NCBI GenBank assembly: GCA_045541555.1
Contig: JAZQJH010000011.1
Location: 4,243 to 68,242 of the forward strand
Length of the DNA: 64,000 nucleotides
Source of the DNA: Eubacteriales bacterium
GTDB taxonomy: Bacteria; Bacillota; Clostridia; Oscillospirales; QAKW01
Direction of reading: 5' to 3'
Below are positions 56,901 to 64,000 of the stretch, piece by piece. Both the position numbers and the translations under genes were made by a program. The notes under the pieces were generated by a model. The model was not told the origin of the DNA and searched no databases. It saw nothing but the letters and a program-made list of their open reading frames with translations. Numbering within the stretch: the first letter of the stretch is position 1; each line of letters opens with the position of its first letter.

Positions 56901-59322
56901 CATCATTGAATTGTATCAACAGTTTGCGGATCAGACGATGTCGGTGGTGAGAGAGAGCCGCAAGAATATCTTTGGAGTTCGTCTTTTGGAACTGGCACAG
57001 CAAGGAAAGGCTAAGGGTGTAGTGGAATTCCGAAAATGGCAGGATCTCGGAATTGACGTGGAAACCTTTGAGACCCGTGTTGAGGACGTGGATCCTTTTG
57101 CCAAGCTGGAGAATAAAAATGTGTTTGGCGTATTTAAGGATGGCGAGTTCTGGGAAATGGATGTGACTAATGATCTTTTTGAGGCGGTGCAGGCTTTGGA
57201 AAATCGTCAGATAGAGGAACACTTGGGGCATAAATTGGGTAAGGGCCACGTTACTTTGTTTAAGCGGCTTTGTACTTCGCTGAACCCGAAGTTTATGATC
57301 ACCAATCCGATCAGGGACTTTGCCGATGCGATCTTTACCTCAAAGAATACCAGGGCATGGATGGCATCGCTTCCTCGCGCGATCAAGGAGATCAAAACCA
57401 ACGGTGAATTGTGGCGGCAGTACTGTGCATTGGGCGGCGGTTATTCCACCATATTTGATTTTGACAGCATGCGGTCGCAAAAGAAAGGGTGGTTCAAGGA
57501 GAAGGTTTCGGGTCGGATCGAAGTGTTGAACCAGGCGATTGAACAGCTTCCCCGGTTTGCGGAGTTCATGGCCACTGTCAAAAAGGGCGACGGGAGTATG
57601 GATAACCTGATGGAGGCGATGTATAACGCTGCAGACATTACCACCAATTTCGGCAGAGCCGGTACCACCGGAAAATTCTTAAACCGATATGTGATCCCGT
57701 TTTTTAATCCTGCGGTGCAAGGAACCTCCAAGGCGGTGCGGATGCTGACGGAGCATGGGAGCTTTAAAGGTTTTTTCCGGCTTGGTTTGAAGGCGGTATT
57801 CTTTGGCGTAGCACCGGCGGTGATCAATTCACTTCTCTATAGCGATGATGAGGAGTGGGAGACCATTCGGCAGTCTGATAAGGATCGGTATTTCCTTTTT
57901 AAATTAAAGGAGGGGCTTTGGATCCGGATCCCCAAGGGACGAATGGTGTCCGTTCTCGGTGCGGCCGGAGAACGTGCACGCCAGGCGATCGAGGGCGACG
58001 AGGTGGAATGGGCCAGCTTCATTGATATGACGGTGGATCAACTTGCTCCTTCTAATCCAGTAACCAGTAATATCGCGGGGCCGCTTTGGCTGGCGAGTAT
58101 GAATCGGACTTGGTACGGGACCGATATCGTCAATGAGCGTCTGGCGCAGCTTCCCAACGGCGAGCAGTACGACGCCAAGACGGACGAGATCTCCAAGTGG
58201 CTTGGATCCGTTACCGGGCTTTCTCCCAAGAAGATCAACTATGTCCTGGATGCCTATAGCGGTGTCGTGGGAGATCTTCTGTTGCCGGCTTTGACGCCGG
58301 CGGCGGAAAGAACCTTTATCGAGCAGAGCTTTACGCTGGATAGTGATTATGCTAATCGCTTGAGTGAGGATTTTTATACTAAGCTGGATGAGCTTTCCGA
58401 TAATAAGAACTCCAAGAACGGGACGGCGCTGGATGGTGCGATATATCGCAGGTGGAGCCGGAATGCTTCGGCAATTACCGAGATCAATGCGGAGATCCGC
58501 AGGATCGAGGAGGATACCACCCTTTCCGGAGTGGATAAGAAGGATCTGCTCAATGCGCAGTATGCGGCGCGTAATGCCTTGATGCTGAACTACGAGGATT
58601 ATTATGAGGAATATTCAAAAACGGCGGAAACGGTTGCGCAAAAGACCTCGGGCATGAGCGAGGAGAGCGCCGAACAGTATATCTATCGGGAGACTAACCG
58701 GAAGGTGTTGGGCACCGAGGAGGCGCTGAAGGCATACAGTAAGGCTGCCTATGAACGTGCGGTAAGGGTTCAAAAAGAACAGGGCATTGACTTTGATACC
58801 TTTTATGACGTTTACTTTGCGGAGGGTGAGCCGGATACCGAAAAGTGCTTCACGTTGATCGAGGCCGGACTGGAGGTGGATACCTCCCTTGAGATCTCCC
58901 GGCGCATCGGCGCACTGGAGCCGGAGGACGGAAAGAAGAATGTTTCCGATCTACAAAAGTATCAGGCGATCGAAGCTTCCGACGTGACCGACGGTGAAAA
59001 GATGCAGGCCATGGCGGTTTTGGCGACGGACACCGACCGACGCCGGCTGATGATCGGCGCGGATTATAATGTTACGCTGGGGCAATTCATTGCCGTGAAG
59101 GATAACGTTACCTATCTCAATGACCAGACCGAGGGCGGCGTGACGAATGCCCTGGTCAAGGCGGCGGTCAACGACGTGGACGGATTGAACGATAGTCAAA
59201 GGGCGGCACTGTGGCAGCTCTTCACCGGCGCGACGTCCGGAAAGAATAACCCATATTCTTCATCCGTCGGCGCTAAGGTCGCGGCCAAAAACAAGGCTTT
59301 GAAAAAGGCTGAAGAGGAATAA
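50956..59322 (+). CDS. 2788-aa polyvalent ejection protein (helical region, degenerate zincin, PBECR-type nuclease, LPD38-like C-terminus)
   Basis: EGFEEFLQE helical motif; HTWRRHG nuclease motif near aa 1457; TTNFGRAG...IPFFNPAVQG...RIPKG...LSPKKINYVL. Confidence 0.75.
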   Translation: MADTLKQVQIDRQRMIENNKGATESSRAALSAISGRLVLKTKTETEKMRRDEALALRQNEALVALNRASGNVALEKSRLDAAQHHEAIELELDRLELADRRLGLRAQSITLDEGRVELERESQERDRQRFELEKKRQKKNEVLTMMNQGVYDPSFATVLGMPEDVVRQAAANKKAQLDQIKAARAKAAQAQADYEAALAARNGAVAKEKAWYETDVDSAIAEAEKNGIVTDSAAETKEQVLSAAKAGQVTIPWATPTNVLTTFSLSGATDVRMSGAKIPETTKKTVEQIKKQVEVEKKESEKRLKAASDYYDQVLTEKIYAKEKASKELSALEASFKKDQEQSTAYQLRMKRFGAVDRMKNATTAEEVTSSYNEYLASVAEESGRVLDDAESVQLTYNEKYENAENYTEEELAYLEELRLRLDDIRTMLEYELEAGGLTEEGKAALLADIDNIGIATANVEEVIGYGEGYEENKSSLIYQKMEKEYGALSISDIEALIAERERQKEDTADLRAILAKGRSTSAEELIDAGERLNAAKEYNADIDKELAPLRNYLEQRKTAEENALQDERAEEDLAGVSGETLTQRTLFLMKEIEASNKRSDGVQVNLPNSFWKWSKEEKCEWFNRTYGTEYKTEDFNVNSAFKALNEKNFNIDATKDLAGYFHRHIVASNETLFTPETLEQYAAQAVADFENADFHKYTGDLIKYNDGIDGLFEGDYSDFRQDMTGFLKGEYGYFNENEAKTILALMAKYGTDEAFVHYAAVRDDALKRKAQEFTGFGRVVRGVTSGLTQFITNGGEMLENAFTQQYSRIAGTLGTASHQINMENFSQKTGIGNDALEMLYMSGYSIIDMAPAVALGAVPYVGTYLSSAYTFAKVTATTYNDSILAGKRADEALTYAMLSATAEVGMEKLLSTGGQTFAKGGLGKIWEEGVENLASTKAMQVIIKTAGSMGSEGFEEFLQECLSPFLEKVAADLNGIDDATLKEIDWEEAAKSFAIGAITGGFLGGFEAVSSSKNAGMKESEARDLLESGKAVDIINAAAELGNKRALAIKQAIQNGQTLYEGQSGYFAYASPADIVNITQSVKRRSVKRSMSILQEKYNALETNKDKQKTFNRLFKKILNGNTLTLQETADIINDQEMSGILNEMLGMDVTMMTPDQVLAVAKLAAFAENGKISQARINLFKDAFGELDTKALAEIVKYSDMAAKKVSGILYEDANAESQLTEAEQESAEVLKILSAEVGTVFYVTDQFDTGTYLAANMMAVRPGDLSGGVFKSATHRAYYMAKQLMADKGVNFKAFLLGEAKRLKGEAFVEEQIKTILQQSTENGNDISRPTAENELCARLLGELLQQEGVLEQLATADLDMVAALRKALAAVEEHLDEKIGELHVDQNLHDYINRVIENRENPDENIEVGEDFEVWKITDQHAQWMAEEIKKEAGIEMDLTGYTIVFPKSQVAHTWRRHGKNGKADSSMSKTEDIAKIRWYLEHSTELKVARHKDGNLKLHRRYKNSDGSKAIMVSLITHLKGTDCYVSECIPDVKNKTMYVLSVYKNSSNNKRMNIEASASPHHTPEASLNDVTAVNNSISNSSENVNYDFGFSFFDGGSAEVTDLVERMTTLINGEKKNAEQSNSKVDHDPTYTDADQVREENDGADFAMNFEEMSPEERDIEGQQMMAEVEAWLTQTNAFDETEQGDPFDTRTMIGAKKRQDDRTAKEKIDDTWNHFRRKWVDYGATVYDMAKKAKDWSIYHYYDSAKSSIQEATYMIEHEQRDLMGNFLGEGLQKIWEPILQQGTEYTREFDDYLLHLHNVDRMSRRDYDAVEEAWNEYQVAKQYLPEELARYSDKDIREIARDVDNPLSDAAQDYIQALDHYELINGIRNKTIFGPNVTAEMSQARAEDLERKYPEFKKYRESVYRYRDNLMQRRVDAGLVSQKTAAKLREIYPHYVPTARVESKAETEYKRSREKNREQVRKTVGRAVGGTSDIIELYQQFADQTMSVVRESRKNIFGVRLLELAQQGKAKGVVEFRKWQDLGIDVETFETRVEDVDPFAKLENKNVFGVFKDGEFWEMDVTNDLFEAVQALENRQIEEHLGHKLGKGHVTLFKRLCTSLNPKFMITNPIRDFADAIFTSKNTRAWMASLPRAIKEIKTNGELWRQYCALGGGYSTIFDFDSMRSQKKGWFKEKVSGRIEVLNQAIEQLPRFAEFMATVKKGDGSMDNLMEAMYNAADITTNFGRAGTTGKFLNRYVIPFFNPAVQGTSKAVRMLTEHGSFKGFFRLGLKAVFFGVAPAVINSLLYSDDEEWETIRQSDKDRYFLFKLKEGLWIRIPKGRMVSVLGAAGERARQAIEGDEVEWASFIDMTVDQLAPSNPVTSNIAGPLWLASMNRTWYGTDIVNERLAQLPNGEQYDAKTDEISKWLGSVTGLSPKKINYVLDAYSGVVGDLLLPALTPAAERTFIEQSFTLDSDYANRLSEDFYTKLDELSDNKNSKNGTALDGAIYRRWSRNASAITEINAEIRRIEEDTTLSGVDKKDLLNAQYAARNALMLNYEDYYEEYSKTAETVAQKTSGMSEESAEQYIYRETNRKVLGTEEALKAYSKAAYERAVRVQKEQGIDFDTFYDVYFAEGEPDTEKCFTLIEAGLEVDTSLEISRRIGALEPEDGKKNVSDLQKYQAIEASDVTDGEKMQAMAVLATDTDRRRLMIGADYNVTLGQFIAVKDNVTYLNDQTEGGVTNALVKAAVNDVDGLNDSQRAALWQLFTGATSGKNNPYSSSVGAKVAAKNKALKKAEEE
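55603..55730 (-). ncRNA. Embedded antisense promoter and ~93-nt hairpin RNA inside the polyvalent protein gene
   Basis: TTGACA(55730-55725)-17-TATACT(55707-55702); 13-bp perfect inverted repeat 55606-55618/55683-55695; U-tract at 55607-55603. Confidence 0.65.
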
Positions 59323-59352
59323 AAAAGAACGCCCCAACCGGGGCGTTCTTTT
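59323..59352. terminator. Bidirectional terminator
   Basis: AAAAGAACGCCCC-AACC-GGGGCGTTCTTTT between convergent genes. Confidence 0.85.
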
Positions 59353-59692
59353 AATGCTTGTGCGTAGTACAGATACAGCGGACGTGATATGCAAGCACGT
59401 CGATGAATTCCGAAGCCGTGGGCGGCTCGGAAATGGACGCGCCGGATAGCGCGAGGTATCTGGATGGGTCGATGCTCCACATACGACGGATGATCGTGCG
59501 GATATTGCGCTCAATGGTCTTGCGGTTGCAGTGTAGGGTATCCGCTGTGGGGTTGTAGACCTCTTGTGCGACGTGCAGCATTCGATCTTCATTTTCAACC
59601 ACCAGGGAAATGGCAACGCACAGTTGCCGATAACCACGGTAATTGGCGGTGATTCCTAAACTGCGCAGGGTTCGGATGATTTGATTTTGCAT
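59351..59692 (-). CDS. Stand-alone Spo0A C-terminal (DNA-binding) domain protein, copy 2
   Basis: LRSLGITANYRGY, VAQEVYNPTA, IERNIRT and PTASEFI; no receiver domain. Confidence 0.85.
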   Translation of the reverse strand: MQNQIIRTLRSLGITANYRGYRQLCVAISLVVENEDRMLHVAQEVYNPTADTLHCNRKTIERNIRTIIRRMWSIDPSRYLALSGASISEPPTASEFIDVLAYHVRCICTTHKH

Positions 59693-59741
59693 TGTTTTTC
59701 TCGCTTTCTTTTTTGAAGCAGAGAGGTTAAAAAGCTGTAGG

Positions 59742-59795
59742 GGTGTGACATTTGTGTGACAAGGGTGTGACACAAATAGACCATTTAGACCGTTT
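59742..59795. promoter_or_regulatory. Integrase arm-type repeats and 9-bp direct repeats (right)
   Basis: GTGTGACA three times, then AGACCATTTAGACCGTTT (59778-59795). Confidence 0.6.
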
Positions 59796-59839
59796 TTTTG
59801 CCTTTTTGCCGTTTGCTTTGTCCTTTATTTCAAGAAAGC

Positions 59840-59884
59840 AAAACGGCTGAAAGTCGCTTAAATACTGACTTTCAGCCGTTTTTT
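59840..59884 (-). terminator. Phage-supplied terminator for the tRNA operon
   Basis: AAAACGGCTGAAAGTC...GACTTTCAGCCGTTTT just downstream of tRNA-Val. Confidence 0.75.
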
Positions 59885-59888
59885 CTGT

Positions 59889-59964
59889 TGGTGGGAGTTA
59901 ACGGGCTCGAACCGCTGACCCTCTGCTTGTAAGGCAGATGCTCTCCCAGCTGAGCTAAACTCCC
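59889..59964 (-). tRNA. tRNA-Val(TAC), integration target; its 3' half is the att repeat
   Basis: GGGAGTTTAGCTCAGCTGGGAGAGCATCTGCCTTACAAGCAGAGGGTCAGCGGTTCGAGCCCGTTAACTCCCACCA. Confidence 0.97.
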
Positions 59965-59969
59965 ACATA

Positions 59970-60044
59970 TGGTGACCCGAACGGGAATCGAACCCGTGAT
60001 ACCGCCGTGAAAGGGCGGTGTCTTAACCGCTTGACCATCGGGCC
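59970..60044 (-). tRNA. tRNA-Glu(TTC)
   Basis: GGCCCGATGGTCAAGCGGTTAAGACACCGCCCTTTCACGGCGG...CACCA. Confidence 0.96.
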
Positions 60045-60050
60045 AAGGAA

Positions 60051-60127
60051 TGGTGGCGCTAATTGGATTCGAACCAATGACACTGCGGGTATGAACCGCA
60101 TGCTCTAGCCAACTGAGCTATAGCGCC
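60051..60127 (-). tRNA. tRNA-Met(CAT), elongator-type
   Basis: GGCGCTATAGCTCAGTTGGCTAGAGCATGCGGTTCATACCCGCA...GCGCCACCA. Confidence 0.93.
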
Positions 60128-60258
60128 ATAAGAGAACGAATAATATAATACACGAATTCCTTCTTTTTGTCAACATCTTTTTTTGAAAAAATTGATTTTT
60201 TTGCAGAATTTGTTCACCATAGATAGTGTTACCGAATTTGAGCGGAGGATTCAAATAG

Positions 60259-60945
60259 ATGGAGCAGAGCGCTAAAAACAATCAAAACGAAGAACTGGAA
60301 CAGTTATTGGAGCTTGGCGCCGGCGAAACGGATAGCGGCATCCGGGTCTTGACGGTGATCGGTCAGATCGAGGGGCACTTTATTGCCCCGGAGCAGAATA
60401 AGACCACCAAGTATGAGCATCTTTTGCCCATCCTGGTCTCCATGGAGGAGAGCAAGGAGGTGGAAGGGGTGCTGATCCTTCTGAATACCATGGGCGGCGA
60501 CGTGGAGGCAGGGTTGGCGATCGCCGAGCTGATTGCCTCCATGCGCAAGCCGACGGTCTCCTTGGTGCTGGGCGGCGGTCATTCCATCGGTGTTCCTTTG
60601 GCGTGCGCCGCAAGGCGTTCTTTTATCGTACCGACGGCGACCATGACCCTCCATCCGGTGCGGGCGACCGGGACGATCATCGGGGTTCCCCAAAGCCTTC
60701 GGACTTTAGAGGAGATGCAAGAACGGATCTGCCGGTTTATCGTCAAGAATTCCAAGATCTCCATGGAGCGGTTAAAAGCCCTGATGACCGAGGTGGGGAA
60801 CATGGTGACGGACGTGGGCACCATCTTAGGCGGTGAGCGTGCGGTGGAAGAAGGCTTGATCGACGGCGTGGGGGGATTGCGCGAAGCGCTGGACGCTTTA
60901 AAAGAAATGATTGAAAATCAAGAAGAAAGCCAGTATAATAAATAG
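60259..60945 (+). CDS. tepA: ClpP-family protein, TepA-like
   Basis: GQIEGH, KTTKYEH, LNTMGGDVEAG, GGGHSIGVP and HPVR motifs. Confidence 0.8.
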   Translation: MEQSAKNNQNEELEQLLELGAGETDSGIRVLTVIGQIEGHFIAPEQNKTTKYEHLLPILVSMEESKEVEGVLILLNTMGGDVEAGLAIAELIASMRKPTVSLVLGGGHSIGVPLACAARRSFIVPTATMTLHPVRATGTIIGVPQSLRTLEEMQERICRFIVKNSKISMERLKALMTEVGNMVTDVGTILGGERAVEEGLIDGVGGLREALDALKEMIENQEESQYNK

Positions 60946-60946
60946 T

Positions 60947-61492
60947 ATGATCGAATTAATACAAGCCAGACAACAAGATATTGAGCCATTGGCCGCCCTT
61001 TTTGCGGAGAGCTTCGTGCATGATCCGATGTACTGCCACTATATTCCCTATGAGCAGGATCGGCAGGGGATCATTTATCAGCTCTTTCGCAAGTACTTGA
61101 CCGACTATTGGGAGGAGCTGACCGTCTTTACCACGCCAGAGCTTGCCGGGGGGATGTGTATCTGCCCCAGCGATGCGGAGGGGGTAGAGCGCCTGGTGCT
61201 GCCCACCCATATCCAAAAGGTCTTTGACCAGATCAATGCGGTGGTGGCACCCCAGTTTTACGATGACTATTTGGTCTTGGATCTCCTGGCAGTGGCGCCG
61301 GCTCATCGCGGCCAGGGGCTTGCCCGGGTGCTGGTGGAGCGGTTTTGCCGGGAGGCAAAGGCCGCCGGCAAGCCGGGGATCGTAGAGATCTACGAACCGG
61401 AAAATATTGCATTTTATGAAAAGATGGGCTTTCGGCTGGCGCATATCCAGCCGGTGGGGGAGACCCTCAGCGCCTATTTATTGGAGAGTTAA
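60947..61492 (+). CDS. GNAT family acetyltransferase
   Basis: LAVAPAHRGQGLA and FYEKMGF motifs. Confidence 0.88.
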   Translation: MIELIQARQQDIEPLAALFAESFVHDPMYCHYIPYEQDRQGIIYQLFRKYLTDYWEELTVFTTPELAGGMCICPSDAEGVERLVLPTHIQKVFDQINAVVAPQFYDDYLVLDLLAVAPAHRGQGLARVLVERFCREAKAAGKPGIVEIYEPENIAFYEKMGFRLAHIQPVGETLSAYLLES

Positions 61493-63328
61493 ATGACCAT
61501 AGCATCTTTGAAGAATTTGATCGTTGAGTTCGGCGAGCGCCGGGTGATCGACGAGGTCAGCGTCCTTTGTGAGGAAGGGGCGGTCATCGGACTGATCGGC
61601 GGTAACGGCGCCGGTAAATCCACGTTGCTCAACGTCCTGGCAGGGAATTTGCAGGAGACCTCCGGTGAGCGTTTTTTGCATCCCAAGGTGCGCATTGGGT
61701 ACCTTCGCCAGAATAGTGGACTTTCCGGCGGCCGCTCCATGATGAAGGAACTGCGGAGCGTGGTGCAGGAGGGGTTGGACGCCATCGAAAAACTGCCCTC
61801 GACTATCGATCCTCGGGAGTATGCCCGTCTGCAGGCGATCATCGACGCCACCGACGCCTATCAGATCGACGTGCGGATCAAAACCATCCTCAACGGCATG
61901 GGCTTTGGAGATTACGATCTGACCTTAGACGTGGCGGAGCTTTCCGGCGGGGAGCAGACCCGGCTGGCGCTCTGTAAATTGCTGATCGAGCAGCCCAATC
62001 TGCTCTTGCTGGACGAGCCGACCAACCATTTGGATTTCCATACCCTCACCTGGCTGGAGGAGTACATAAGAAATTATAAGGGGTCTGTCATTCTGGTATC
62101 CCACGACCGCTTTTTCCTGGATCGCTGCGTGACGGAGATCTGGGATATGGAAGAAGGGCGGATCCGCTGTTATCCCGGCAATTATACCGCCTTTAAGGAG
62201 CAAAAGGAGCTTTGGCTCAAGGAGCAGGCGCGGCTGTACGAGCAGCAGGAAAAGGAGGTCGCCAAGCTGACCGACTATATTGATCGGAACCTGGTGCGTG
62301 CCTCCACCTCCGGCATGGCAAAAAGCCGCCGTAAACAGCTGGAACGAATGGAGCTGATAGAGAAGCCGCGCGCCGACGTGCGGCGGTTACACCTCAAATT
62401 TCCGGTGGATCAGGGCGGCGGAAACGACGTTCTTCAATGCCGGGAGCTGGCGGTGACGGTGGGGGAAGACCACCGTCTTTTCGAAGGCTTGACCTTCCGG
62501 ATGCAAAAGGGGGAGAAGATCGCCATCGTCGGTGATAACGGAACCGGCAAGACCACCCTGCTTTCCGTCTTGATGGGGGAACTGCCCCAGGAGCGCGGAA
62601 ATATCCGGTGGGGTGCCAATATCCAAAGGGGCATCTTTCGCCAGGCGACCCGATTTATAGACGACGAGCATACGGTTTTGGATGAATTGGGGGCACGCTA
62701 TCCGCAAATGACCTATCAGGAACTGCGCTCCATCTTGGCGCAGGTCTCCTTTATCGGCGAAGAGGTGGAACTCAAGGTGGGGACCCTCTCCGGCGGCGAA
62801 CGGGCGCGCTTTCAGTTTGCGGCGCTGATGCCCCTTCGGTGCAATACCCTTCTCTTCGACGAGCCCACCAACCATTTGGATCTTCCGGCCCGGGAGGAAG
62901 TGGAGCGGAGCCTTGCGGACTTTACCGGCAATCTCTTGGTGGTGTCCCACGACCGCTATTTTCTCTCCCACGTGCCCACGAAGATTTTGAAACTGACGCC
63001 TAAGGGCTTGGTGGAATTAAAACGGCTGGAGGACTATTGGGAGGAGCAAAAGGAGGAAGCTTCTCCTCCGCCCAAGGAGAAAAAAGCACCGCCCGCCGGC
63101 TTTAAAAGTAAGGAACAGCGCGCGGCAGAGGCGGCGCGCCGTAAGGAACTCTCCGCTATCGAGCGTGAACTGGAGCAAGTAGAGCAGGAGATCGCGGAAA
63201 AGAGCGCGCAGCTGGAAACTGCCGGTACAGACTATAAGGTACTGGAGGAATGCTGCCAAGCGTTGGAAACCCTCCGTGCTCGGCAGGAAGAGTTGGCCGA
63301 ATCCTGGCTGTTGTTAAATGAAGAATAA
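61493..63328 (+). CDS. ABC-F family ATP-binding protein
   Basis: Two ABC cassettes (GGNGAGKST; GDNGTGKTT), two LSGGE and two DEPTNHLD motifs, no TM. Confidence 0.93.
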   Translation: MTIASLKNLIVEFGERRVIDEVSVLCEEGAVIGLIGGNGAGKSTLLNVLAGNLQETSGERFLHPKVRIGYLRQNSGLSGGRSMMKELRSVVQEGLDAIEKLPSTIDPREYARLQAIIDATDAYQIDVRIKTILNGMGFGDYDLTLDVAELSGGEQTRLALCKLLIEQPNLLLLDEPTNHLDFHTLTWLEEYIRNYKGSVILVSHDRFFLDRCVTEIWDMEEGRIRCYPGNYTAFKEQKELWLKEQARLYEQQEKEVAKLTDYIDRNLVRASTSGMAKSRRKQLERMELIEKPRADVRRLHLKFPVDQGGGNDVLQCRELAVTVGEDHRLFEGLTFRMQKGEKIAIVGDNGTGKTTLLSVLMGELPQERGNIRWGANIQRGIFRQATRFIDDEHTVLDELGARYPQMTYQELRSILAQVSFIGEEVELKVGTLSGGERARFQFAALMPLRCNTLLFDEPTNHLDLPAREEVERSLADFTGNLLVVSHDRYFLSHVPTKILKLTPKGLVELKRLEDYWEEQKEEASPPPKEKKAPPAGFKSKEQRAAEAARRKELSAIERELEQVEQEIAEKSAQLETAGTDYKVLEECCQALETLRARQEELAESWLLLNEE

Positions 63329-63355
63329 AAAATGCACCCCGTCGGGGTGCATTTT

Positions 63356-63598
63356 TTATTCCACTGCTTCAAACATGGTGGAGGCTTCATCCGCCTTGAT
63401 GAATTCCACGATCTTGAGGACGCGAACCTTGGTCTTCTTTTCGCCAAAGCCGATGACGATGACATCGCCTTCTTTAACGTCGGTGGAGGCCTTTGCCACC
63501 TTGCCGTTGACGGTGATCCGTCCGCTGTTGCAAGCCTCGGTAGCCACCGTACGGCGCTTGATCAGTCGGCTGACCTTGAGATATTTGTCTATCCGCAT
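63356..63598 (-). CDS. S4-domain RNA-binding protein (YabO/RqcP-like)
   Basis: MRIDKYLKVSRLIKRRTVA. Confidence 0.9.
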   Translation of the reverse strand: MRIDKYLKVSRLIKRRTVATEACNSGRITVNGKVAKASTDVKEGDVIVIGFGEKKTKVRVLKIVEFIKADEASTMFEAVE

Positions 63599-63659
63599 AA
63601 TAACTCCTTTGATTTAAAATGCCAGCGTCGTAAGACGCTGGCATTTAATATGCTTTTGA

Positions 63660-63932
63660 TTAACCGATGTAATCCTTGAAAGCCTTGCCGGCCTTGAAAG
63701 CAGGAGCTTTGGAAGCGGGGATCTTGATGGTCTCGCCGGTTCTGGGGTTCTTGCCGGTTCTGGCAGCCTTAGCGCGTACTTCGAAAGAGCCGAAGCCAAC
63801 GAGCTGAACCTTGTCGCCCTTCTTCAGAGCTTCCTTGATTTCGTCCAGGACAGCGGCGACAACGATGCCGGCTTCCTTCTGAGATACGTCTGCCTTTGCT
63901 GCAACTGCAGCGATCAGTTCTGCTTTGTTCAT
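63660..63932 (-). CDS. hup: DNA-binding protein HU
   Basis: MNKAELI...GFGSFEVR...GKNPRTGE...PAFKAGK. Confidence 0.96.
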   Translation of the reverse strand: MNKAELIAAVAAKADVSQKEAGIVVAAVLDEIKEALKKGDKVQLVGFGSFEVRAKAARTGKNPRTGETIKIPASKAPAFKAGKAFKDYIG

Positions 63933-64000
63933 TTTAATATCCTCCAAAAATTTTGTTATCTAATCACCAAGGTGATATTGATTACAGTATTAATTATACC

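Larger units (their letters stand above)
22451..59933. mobile_element. Integrated temperate prophage (~37.5 kb, podovirus/P22-like morphogenesis genes) in tRNA-Val(TAC)
   Basis: att direct repeats, integrase, CI/Cro, terminase, portal, capsid, tail and lysis genes with no obvious frameshifts. Confidence 0.96.

Noticed and set aside
41300-59322. Diversity-generating retroelement or invertible tail-fibre cassette
   Set aside because: No reverse transcriptase, no template/variable repeat pair and no invertase detected
50956-59322. Tape measure protein
   Set aside because: No tail tube or chaperone genes or tape-measure repeats; the podovirus-like context and polyvalent motifs fit an ejection protein
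1-64000. CRISPR array or cas genes
   Set aside because: No regularly spaced 23-47-bp repeats with unique spacers and no Cas motifs seen; the short repeats near att fit recombination sites better

Overview
Chromosomal window of a probably spore-forming Clostridia (Oscillospirales-like) bacterium; the taxonomy is inferred from gene content. The left 22.4 kb holds housekeeping genes: 3' end of ddh, Na+-decarboxylase beta/gamma subunits, trkHA, OPT transporter, nrdDG, a SpoIVFB-like protease, a radical SAM pair, lepB-rbgA-rnhB-yraN and tig-clpP-clpX-yfbR, plus tRNA-Arg and tRNA-Ser. An apparently complete ~37.5 kb prophage (22451-59933) is integrated in tRNA-Val(TAC) with a 45-46 bp att duplication. 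It has a tyrosine integrase, a CI/Cro switch, an HUH rolling-circle-type Rep, terminase, portal, P22-like capsid and short-tail genes, a lysis cassette, two stand-alone Spo0A DNA-binding-domain genes and a 2788-aa polyvalent ejection protein. The top signal lies inside that giant gene. Directly after an AT-rich barnase/RelE-like (PBECR-type) nuclease domain, the opposite strand carries a near-consensus sigmaA promoter (TTGACA-17-TATACT) aimed at a ~93-nt hairpin RNA closed by a perfect 13-bp stem and a U-tract. This is a candidate embedded RNA antitoxin. The prophage also carries two other promoter-to-terminator candidate ncRNAs. The right end holds the tRNA-Val/Glu/Met cluster and genes for a TepA-like ClpP protein, a GNAT, an ABC-F ATPase, an S4-domain protein and HU. 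All family calls are by motif recognition; no database search was run.
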